From: an uncultured virus (IMG/VR IMGVR_UViG_2821954623_000003)
Taxonomy: Duplodnaviria > Heunggongvirae > Uroviricota > Caudoviricetes
Length of the DNA stretch: 20,000 nucleotides
Virus record (IMG/VR): IMGVR_UViG_2821954623_000003
Reading direction: 5' to 3' (one strand)
Position numbers and translations under genes: made by a program. Under the pieces are notes generated by a model. That model searched no databases. It was not told the DNA's origin and saw only the letters and a list, made by a program, of their open reading frames with translations. Positions 9,047 through 15,911 of this stretch are shown here, one piece after another (position 1 is the stretch's first letter; every line of letters starts with the position of its first letter).

Positions 9047-10348
9047 TTGAATTTGATGTTTGAGTTAGTAAGTTCAGCAACAGTGGGTGGTGTAATTCTT
9101 TTCGCGAAAATGCATCAAAAAGGGGCTACTACCGATGCTTCTAAGATTCAAAGGATTTGCGCGAATTGCGGTTTGAAAGTGAAAGAAGGTAAAGAAACCA
9201 GGACTATACAGTTACTCCGTAAGACGAGAAATGAGTGGGGAATAGAGTATGCGTATAGAATTCCGCTTGGCCTTAGTTTCTCTGATTTCGAACAAAAGAT
9301 ACAGCATTTAGAAGATGGGCTAAATCACAAGAGCAAAGTTTATGATTTCAAACTACAAGACTTCAAATCTCTTCGACTGCAAAAAGATATCTTGAAACAA
9401 ATACAAAACATCATAAACAAGAAAAAACTCGTTAGAAAGGAAATTGAGCTGTCTTACGACGGTTTGCTAAAAATAAGAGTTTACGAGAAAGGGATTCCTG
9501 ATTTTGTGAAGTTTGAAGATGACATGATGAAGAAATGTAAAGGATGGGAAGTACCTATTGGTTATACAAGGGATGGATTAGTAAAACACGACTTTGATCA
9601 GTTATCGCACATGATATCAGCCGGTATGACGGACATGGGGAAATCGAATGTATTAAAACTCATTATTACAGCTCTGGTACGAAACCAATCAGACAATATA
9701 AAGCTATTCCTTATCGATTTGAAGGGTGGTCTCTCTTTCAACCGATACAGATTCCTAAATCAAGTCGAATCAATTGCGAAGAATCCCGAGGAAGCCCTTG
9801 AGACTCTAAGGGAATTGCAAGATAAACTGAATGCTAGAAACGAATACTTACTAGAAAAAGGATATGAAGATATAAAAGAAGCCGGGGATCCAACTAGATA
9901 CTTTGTCATTGTAGATGAAGCAGCCGACATGACGCCATATCAGGAGTGCAAGGACATCGTTGTTGATATAGGTCGTCGTGGCAGGGCAGCGGGATTCCGC
10001 TTGGTATATGCGACACAATACCCTACTAACGAAGCATTACCATCGCAGTTACGACAAAACATTGGGGCCCGTGTTTGCTTTAGATTACAGACAGAAGCAG
10101 GGAGCCGTGCTGTGCTAGACGAGGGCGGCGCAGAGAGTCTTCCCAACATAAAAGGAAGGGCTATATACCAAACAAATGAGAAGAAGGTCTTACAGACTGT
10201 TTATCTCGATAACAAGCAGATTGATAACATCATAAAACCACACATCAATATCAGAGCGAGAAAGGAGCATGAAAATGCAAAAGTTAGCAATGAAGGAAGC
10301 GCGAACGGAAAGTATACTCTTGAGCTTGAAGAAACTCGGCTTTCTTAG
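9047..10348 (+). CDS. FtsK/SpoIIIE-domain ATPase
   Basis: Walker A AGMTDMGKS, LIDLKGG, Walker B FVIVDEAA, GRAAGFRLVYATQYP; N-terminal hydrophobic segment. Confidence 0.92.
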   Translation: MNLMFELVSSATVGGVILFAKMHQKGATTDASKIQRICANCGLKVKEGKETRTIQLLRKTRNEWGIEYAYRIPLGLSFSDFEQKIQHLEDGLNHKSKVYDFKLQDFKSLRLQKDILKQIQNIINKKKLVRKEIELSYDGLLKIRVYEKGIPDFVKFEDDMMKKCKGWEVPIGYTRDGLVKHDFDQLSHMISAGMTDMGKSNVLKLIITALVRNQSDNIKLFLIDLKGGLSFNRYRFLNQVESIAKNPEEALETLRELQDKLNARNEYLLEKGYEDIKEAGDPTRYFVIVDEAADMTPYQECKDIVVDIGRRGRAAGFRLVYATQYPTNEALPSQLRQNIGARVCFRLQTEAGSRAVLDEGGAESLPNIKGRAIYQTNEKKVLQTVYLDNKQIDNIIKPHINIRARKEHENAKVSNEGSANGKYTLELEETRLS

Positions 10349-10865
10349 TAGAAAGCAAATTCAGGTACTTCATGATCTTGGCGGTGACAGGAATGCTTCT
10401 CGTGTAATGAAGGGTATTGAAGAATATGTGTCTAGTTTTAGGGATGGAGAAAAGGTTTATTATCTCAACAAGGAAGGGCGTGAACGTATTGGGAGCAAGA
10501 AAATACTCAAACGTTCGAATCAATTTCGCCATTATATTATGAGAAATGACATCTACATTGCTTATGAATGCCCGAAAACGTGGAAGCAAGAAGTAAAGAT
10601 GAATGTGAAAGGTATCGTTTCTATAATTGCGGATGCGTTATTTACGGATAATGGACGCTATCACATTGTAGAGGTGGATCATGAGCAAAAAATGAGTGCA
10701 AACCGTATCAAGATGCAGAAGTATAGAAAGTTAATGGAATGCAATGTGTTTGAGAAGCCACCCAAGTTTATTTGGTACACCACGACAGAATATAGAAGAA
10801 AACAACTTCAGAAGCTTTGCGAGGGATTGGATTGCAACATATTTACGGTTACTGATTTTCATTAA
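10269..10865 (+). CDS. Replication-relaxation (Replic_Relax-type) protein
   Basis: N-terminal winged-helix-like part (LSRKQIQVLH...YYLNKEG), H.IMRND, and PD-(D/E)xK-like IADA...IVEVD; overlaps the FtsK gene. Confidence 0.8.
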   Translation: MKMQKLAMKEARTESILLSLKKLGFLSRKQIQVLHDLGGDRNASRVMKGIEEYVSSFRDGEKVYYLNKEGRERIGSKKILKRSNQFRHYIMRNDIYIAYECPKTWKQEVKMNVKGIVSIIADALFTDNGRYHIVEVDHEQKMSANRIKMQKYRKLMECNVFEKPPKFIWYTTTEYRRKQLQKLCEGLDCNIFTVTDFH

Positions 10866-10884
10866 AAATAGGGAGATGGACCAT

Positions 10885-11373
10885 ATGGCAACTGAGACAA
10901 TGAGCATCAAAGATTTTATGGATGGTAACTATGGAGCAAAGAAAAAGTGGAGCTTGTTCAAAAAGAAAGCAAAAAAATACGCACCTGTCGCAGTGCGCGT
11001 TTCATTAGTAATCGGTAGTGCTATTATATTCAGCAACATAATAGATATTCCTCATGTGTTTGCTGATGGAAATAATCCAGATGTGAATGAAGTATTTAAA
11101 GATGTGCAGTCCAATGACGGGGCAATAAAAAATTATATAGATGGCCAATTATACAATCGCATTGTAAATGCGTTTGAACCGGTTATCTTCTTGATTAAAG
11201 CGGTGTCCTATCCGATAGCGTCCGTTGTAGCGTTATGTGGCGGTCTGTTCATTATGGTCGGTAGCCAGGAACGGGGATTCAGTTTGATTTCAAGGGCAGG
11301 GATTGGTTATATAGTTGTTCAAATGATTCCATTGTTTATGCGATTACTTGTTGAGATTGCAAAGGCTATATAA
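10885..11373 (+). CDS. Membrane protein with TrbC/VirB2 pilin-like C-terminal hydrophobic hairpin
   Basis: RBS GGGAG before ATG 10885; signal-like segment ending VFA; two C-terminal TM helices (YPIASVVALCGGLFIMVG...AGIGYIVVQMIP). Confidence 0.6.
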   Translation: MATETMSIKDFMDGNYGAKKKWSLFKKKAKKYAPVAVRVSLVIGSAIIFSNIIDIPHVFADGNNPDVNEVFKDVQSNDGAIKNYIDGQLYNRIVNAFEPVIFLIKAVSYPIASVVALCGGLFIMVGSQERGFSLISRAGIGYIVVQMIPLFMRLLVEIAKAI

Positions 11374-11503
11374 TTCTATTAATTAAGGGATTATTATTGG
11401 GATTAATTTTTATAAATTCCTTCTTTTTCTAATCAAAAAATAGTTATATAATGATTGTTGGAATTATATTATTGACGTTTAACATTAAGGGGAGAGAATA
11501 GTA

Positions 11504-12184
11504 ATGAAAAAATTAATTATTTCAGGTGTATGCGCAGCAGTATTCGGTACAACTTTTTTTGCAAATGATTCGTTTGCGGAGACACCAGGTAATAACACAA
11601 ATCCAAGCATAAAAGCAGCAAGTGCTCAATCTAGTATCTTTATAGATGTACCTCAATCGCATTGGGCGTTTAAAGAGATTCAGTATATGGCTGACCATAA
11701 AATAATGCAAGGATATGGTAATGGTTATTTCGGCGCTAAAGATAAAGTGACACGTGAGCAATTAGCAGCAACCATATATCGGACTATTAAAATTTGGAAA
11801 GATCCTTTAAACCAAACGCACCCTTTTAATGACATAGGTAATTCAATGTTCCAAAATGAGATTAAAGAATTATACGATAATGGAGTATTTGCTTATGTGG
11901 CGGATGGGAAATTTTATCCTAGTCGTATATTAACTCGAGCGGAAGTTGCAGCTTCATTTAAAAATGCTTTTTGGTTAAATAAGAAGTTTGATCACCAATT
12001 TAACGATATGCAAGGTCACTGGGCAAATGAAGCTGTGCAAATTTTATACAGTAACGGTATAACTAATGGTGTAGGTGATAATAATTTTGATCCAAATGGA
12101 TCTGTAACGCGTGAACAACTTGCGGTATTCTTATATAGAGTTATTCCTGTTTCTTCAAGACCAATTCAAGATGGACTTAAATAA
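11504..12184 (+). CDS. S-layer homology (SLH) domain protein (signal peptide plus three SLH repeats only)
   Basis: FIDVPQSHWA...VTREQLA, FNDI...LTRAEVA, FNDMQGHWA...VTREQLAVFLYR. Confidence 0.9.
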   Translation: MKKLIISGVCAAVFGTTFFANDSFAETPGNNTNPSIKAASAQSSIFIDVPQSHWAFKEIQYMADHKIMQGYGNGYFGAKDKVTREQLAATIYRTIKIWKDPLNQTHPFNDIGNSMFQNEIKELYDNGVFAYVADGKFYPSRILTRAEVAASFKNAFWLNKKFDHQFNDMQGHWANEAVQILYSNGITNGVGDNNFDPNGSVTREQLAVFLYRVIPVSSRPIQDGLK

Positions 12185-12191
12185 AATAAAC

Positions 12192-12225
12192 AGAAAAAGC
12201 CAACTTATATAAGTTGGCTTTTTCT
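12192..12225. terminator. Intrinsic terminator (perfect 34-bp palindrome)
   Basis: AGAAAAAGCCAACTTAT|ATAAGTTGGCTTTTTCT just after the SLH gene stop. Confidence 0.8.
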
Positions 12226-12227
12226 TT

Positions 12228-12256
12228 GCAGGATTTTTTTTACCATCATGGAATAC
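12228..12256 (+). promoter_or_regulatory. Sigma-H promoter for the RacA-like gene
   Basis: GCAGGATTT-N11-ATGGAATAC compared with the Bacillus sigma-H consensus RNAGGAWWW-N11/12-RNNGAATWW; immediately after a terminator and before RBS AGGAGG. Confidence 0.75.
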
Positions 12257-12281
12257 TCTCACTAGGAGGTGTTGTAACGTT

Positions 12282-12872
12282 ATGACGGACGAAATTGTTT
12301 ATTCTGCTAGTGAAGTATACAAGCGATTAGGAATAAGTGATAGCACCCTTAGAAAGTACATGGAAGTATTATCACGCGAAGGATTCGCAGTAAAGAAAGA
12401 TAATCGCGGCAGACGCCAATACACAGACAGTGACATTATGGTGATTGAGAAGTTAATTGAGCTAAGTAAGCATGACGGTATGACGCTAGAGAAGGCAGCG
12501 AAGATGATTGTGCAGCAAATAGAAAAAGTTAATCCGGATCTGATTCAAGAAGAGGCTGAGGAAACGGATCTAGTGCCATTCCACATTAAAGAGCAATTAC
12601 AGGAACAGTACAGCGTTATGGCGCAAGAAATGAATCAAAGCATGCTAGCGATGGAGAAGCGATTAAGTGAGCAGGCCAAGCGAAGTAACGAGGAAATCAA
12701 AGCAAGTGTAGAATCGCATAATAAACGAGTGGAAAAACGATTGGAAGCACGAGACGAGACGCTTATGAAGACACTGCGTGAGATGCAGGAAACGAAGAGA
12801 ATGATGCAGGAATTTCGGGATGAGGTTGCTGCATCGAAAGAGAAGAAAAAGCCTTGGTGGCGGTTTTGGTGA
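12282..12872 (+). CDS. RacA-like MerR-type HTH / coiled-coil protein (DUF3967-like C-terminus)
   Basis: YSASEVYKRLGISDSTLRKY...GRRQYTDSDI HTH; long coiled coil; basic-aromatic tail KKKPWWRFW. Confidence 0.75.
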   Translation: MTDEIVYSASEVYKRLGISDSTLRKYMEVLSREGFAVKKDNRGRRQYTDSDIMVIEKLIELSKHDGMTLEKAAKMIVQQIEKVNPDLIQEEAEETDLVPFHIKEQLQEQYSVMAQEMNQSMLAMEKRLSEQAKRSNEEIKASVESHNKRVEKRLEARDETLMKTLREMQETKRMMQEFRDEVAASKEKKKPWWRFW

Positions 12873-13024
12873 GAACAAGAAATATATGAAGTAACCAATA
12901 AATTTGCATAAAATCAATGGTTTGAAAGTCTAATGTCGCAAAATTATCTTTCAAAATAACTTGTATATTTTGTTATAATCAACCCAGGATATATAATACT
13001 GGTTAATCGAAAAGAGGGATAATA

Positions 13025-13198
13025 ATGAAACAAGTAACTCTCCATCAATTGCACAAAGATCATAATAAACGAATAGCAGAATTTCATAAAAAAAACGAAA
13101 TTAAAATTCAACGTGGTGAAAATGGGAACGGTTTGTTAGCTAAATGGGAAAGATTTTTCTATAACAAGGTGATTTCCCCTCTAAAGAATGTTAAATAA
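13025..13198 (+). CDS. Small hypothetical protein (57 aa), below the ORF-track cutoff
   Basis: MKQVTLHQLHKDHNKRIAEFHKKNEIKIQRGENGNGLLAKWERFFYNKVISPLKNVK; RBS GAGGG; extended -10 TGtTATAAT at 12971-12979; hairpin AAGCAGGA...TCCTGCTT after the stop. Confidence 0.6.
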   Translation: MKQVTLHQLHKDHNKRIAEFHKKNEIKIQRGENGNGLLAKWERFFYNKVISPLKNVK

Positions 13199-13278
13199 TA
13201 AAAGAAAAGCAGGAGTGTTTTGGTTTCCTGCTTAAAATAAAAAAGATACATTTATCTTTAGATACATAACAGCAGATA

Positions 13279-13316
13279 AAACAGAAGCATCCTCAAAACA
13301 AGGATACTTCTGTTTT
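13279..13316 (-). terminator. Intrinsic terminator after the second RHH-like gene
   Basis: AAACAGAAGCATCCT-CAAAACA-AGGATACTTCTGTTT hairpin. Confidence 0.65.
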
Positions 13317-13665
13317 ATTTATTCTCTAACGTCTCATAGAGGCGCTTATACATGTCTTTATATGCTCTAGAATGTCGGTTGACTAATTGAGAATCTACAT
13401 AATGCTCAACTAGCATGTCAATGATGTTGTTAATTGATGTTTTATCCATACCTTCTTGTTCCTGTATAAATGGTTTAAGGGTATTTAGCTTTAGTAAAAC
13501 AGCAGGTGAAAGTTTTGCTGTTTTAGATGGAACTAAGCGTTGATCTGGTTTCTCTAGTGTCTGTATTTCCTTTTTCGTTTTAGTTTGATCGTTTTGAATA
13601 GTTAAATCAGAACTTTCGGTAATAGGTGTTACAGTTACTACAAAAGATTTACTTTTGTTATCCAA
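13315..13665 (-). CDS. Hypothetical protein with ribbon-helix-helix-like C-terminus (ParB/ParG-like)
   Basis: Low-complexity N-terminus then KTAKLSPAVLLKLNTL...NNIIDMLVEHYV, parallel to the C-terminus of the adjacent 13860..14240 product; probable TTG start after AGGAG. Confidence 0.55.
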   Translation of the reverse strand: MDNKSKSFVVTVTPITESSDLTIQNDQTKTKKEIQTLEKPDQRLVPSKTAKLSPAVLLKLNTLKPFIQEQEGMDKTSINNIIDMLVEHYVDSQLVNRHSRAYKDMYKRLYETLENK

Positions 13666-13817
13666 AGTTACCACTCCTATTTAGTTTGTTATTTTAAACT
13701 ATTAAAACTATTTTGCATTGGTATTGCTAAAAACTATGTTATTATCTGCTGTTTTATCCGTGTATTCAAGTAAGTTGAATAGGGTTGATTAAGTAAAGAT
13801 ATCATGAAGAAAAGTGG

Positions 13818-13859
13818 AAATATAGAAATATCCCTATNNATAGGGATATTTCTATATTT
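13818..13859. repeat. 20-bp inverted repeat around an NN gap; centromere-like motif downstream of parAB
   Basis: AAATATAGAAATATCCCTAT-NN-ATAGGGATATTTCTATATTT; the same ATAGGGATATTTCTA motif occurs upstream of parA. Confidence 0.7.
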
Positions 13860-14240
13860 TTAAATTTCGGTTAAGAGCTTGAATTTCCTTTTCTGATCAG
13901 GTGTTAGCTCATTTTCTACATAACGATCTATAAGCAGGTCGATAATTTCATAATTGAATTTTGTGTTTGTAAGTTTCATTAATACTTCAAGTTCTTCTTT
14001 TGATTGATTAGAAATTTTAATGCTACCTTGCTGGTTTTTAAATTTCTTTTTCGGTTCAGTTTTCTCGATCCTTTTCTCTTTTCGAGTAGTTGTTTTTTCT
14101 TCTATCTTAGGTTGAGAAGGAGTAACTGTAGCTGCTACCTCTTTATTTTCCGTCGTAGCTTGTCCTTGTTCCGGTACATAAGGCTCAGTAGGTTCAAAGT
14201 TACTTTTCTTTCGACCTAACAAACCAGGAGTTCTTGCCAT
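13860..14240 (-). CDS. Type Ib partition centromere-binding protein (ParB/ParG-like, RHH)
   Basis: ATG 14240 directly after the parA stop; disordered N-terminus; C-terminal GSIKISNQSKEELEVL...EIIDLLIDRYV. Confidence 0.75.
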   Translation of the reverse strand: MARTPGLLGRKKSNFEPTEPYVPEQGQATTENKEVAATVTPSQPKIEEKTTTRKEKRIEKTEPKKKFKNQQGSIKISNQSKEELEVLMKLTNTKFNYEIIDLLIDRYVENELTPDQKRKFKLLTEI

Positions 14241-14241
14241 A

Positions 14242-15063
14242 TTACACACCAACCTTCATTTTTTCAAACATATCAACACGAGATAATAATTCATCACTAA
14301 TCGTTTCGTATAGTTCAATTACATTCATATCATGTCTATCTTTTTCAGTAATACCATTCACATCAAATCGTTTAATACGTTCCATTTGAGGGACGATGTT
14401 TTTAAATAGGTTTTCTTCTCCAAATATTTCACGAGCATTTTCCATGATGTATTCGTCAACTTTACCGTTGTTTTTTAATAGGACAGGAAGAACGCCAACT
14501 ACTTCAATATCAAGATCATATTGCTCTTTTAACTTGATAAGTTCATTAATATAATTCTCGGCACCAGTAAGAGAACGTTCTTGTGTTTGGAGAGCAATTA
14601 GAACATAATCAGAAGCTACAACTGCATTTTTTGTAACTTCTAGTGACATAGGAGGTACGTCGATAAATATGTAGTCGTATTTATGCTTTATCTTTTCAAG
14701 TAATCCTTTAAAGTAATGATCTTCTTCAGCCTCCGAAGAACAATTTTTATAAAGGAATTTTGCGAAGTCCTGAAAATCAACGTAAGAAGGAAGTAAATGT
14801 AAGTTCTCCATAATTTCCACTTCTAAGCCGTCTAGGTTTCCCTCTTGTATTCCTTTCATTAATGTTTTTTCAACAGTAACAATTTCATCAGGATTAAGGA
14901 TTGATTTTGTTAACATTAAAGACTTGGTTGCGTTACTTTGTGGATCAAGGTCAACAAGTAATGTACGCTTGCCCTTTTTAGCGAATTCATAAGAGTTCAA
15001 TACAGCATTCGTGGTCTTACCGACTCCACCTTTGTAATTACCTACCGTAATTGTAATAGCCAT
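14242..15063 (-). CDS. parA: ParA/Soj-family partition ATPase
   Basis: Deviant Walker A KGGVGKTT, LLVDLDPQSNAT, DYIFIDVPP; no N-terminal HTH (type Ib); ATG 15063 after GGAG. Confidence 0.95.
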   Translation of the reverse strand: MAITITVGNYKGGVGKTTNAVLNSYEFAKKGKRTLLVDLDPQSNATKSLMLTKSILNPDEIVTVEKTLMKGIQEGNLDGLEVEIMENLHLLPSYVDFQDFAKFLYKNCSSEAEEDHYFKGLLEKIKHKYDYIFIDVPPMSLEVTKNAVVASDYVLIALQTQERSLTGAENYINELIKLKEQYDLDIEVVGVLPVLLKNNGKVDEYIMENAREIFGEENLFKNIVPQMERIKRFDVNGITEKDRHDMNVIELYETISDELLSRVDMFEKMKVGV

Positions 15064-15094
15064 TTTTAACACTCCAGTTATTTATTTTTAAAAT

Positions 15095-15437
15095 TTCCCT
15101 ATATCCCTTTATAGAAATAGGGAAAAATAGAAATAGGGAAAAAGGGATATTTCTAACTATAGAAATAGGGATATTTCTATATCTTTAAAGAAATTATAAC
15201 AATGATGTACGGTATATGCAATAGAATCATAGAGTTAGTAATTAATAATAAAAACGTTGATATCATAAGATTCTTTTGATGTATGAAGTAGAGGGAGTTA
15301 AGAAATAAATATGTAATTTCGTAGAGATGTTAGTAGATGCAAAAATAACGAAAATAGGGAAATATAGATATAGGGAAAAGGGGAAATATCCCTATATCTA
15401 TAAGTGGAAATAGGGAAATAGGGAAATAGGGATATTT
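15095..15437. repeat. Centromere-like (parS/parC) repeat clusters upstream of parA
   Basis: Two clusters (~15095-15183 and ~15351-15437) of AAATAGGG / ATAGGGATATTTC, including tandem GGAAATAG x3 (15406-15429) and the inverted repeat ATAGATATAGGGA...TCCCTATATCTAT (15364-15401). Confidence 0.8.
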
Positions 15438-15581
15438 TGAAAAAAGTGCGTAATCCAGCAGTTTACAAAGGATAAAGCTTGTTGTAACGTAGTACACAAC
15501 AAGCATCATTCTACAAAACAAAACATAATTTGATATTTTATATAAACGAAGATCGATAAAACAATTGAATATGAACAGAAA

Positions 15582-15757
15582 ATAAAAAAGCCACTCCCAT
15601 ATGCTATCGGCTACCAACCTTTAGCGGGAATGACTCAGTTCTAGTAATTGCTACCAACACTTACTAGATATAACCTGTAACCAAGCAGGACTTCGGTTTA
15701 AGTAGTGCACCAACACTATCCTTAAACAATTATGCCTTTCGACTAGGCTTATTTGAT
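15582..15757 (-). ncRNA. Antisense (RNA I-like) copy-control RNA, ~175 nt
   Basis: Minus-strand sigma-A promoter TTGAAT(15792-15787)-N17-TAAAAT(15769-15764); hairpins with UUGGU loops; last hairpin AGTCATTCCC...GGGAGTGGCT followed by TTTTT acts as terminator. Confidence 0.7.
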
Positions 15758-15841
15758 ATACCCATTTTATCTGTGATTGGACTAAAATTCAACTAGTAAA
15801 TACTAGATTTGATTATTTTGTAGTCTAAAAGATATATACCG

Positions 15842-15911
15842 GGCATCTCTAAACCTAGAAGTCTTGTGATGTACAGGCCATTTAGGAATTAGAGATGCCT
15901 TTTTGTTTTTT
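15842..15911 (+). terminator. Terminator/attenuator-like hairpin inside the non-coding region
   Basis: GGCATCTCTAA (15842-15852) pairs with TTAGAGATGCC (15889-15899), inner CCTA/TAGG, then TTTTTGTTTTTT. Confidence 0.65.

Noticed and set aside
203..14219. Numerous antisense or nested ORFs in the track (e.g. 982..1293, 5696..6112, 7283..7645, 8557..8886, 12635..12898)
   Set aside because: Shadow frames of well-supported genes, without RBS or motifs.
15600..15730. Repeated CTACCAAC units as a mini-CRISPR or iteron array
   Set aside because: Only 5-9 nt are shared, spacing is irregular, and each copy is the loop of a different stem; better explained as RNA hairpin loops.
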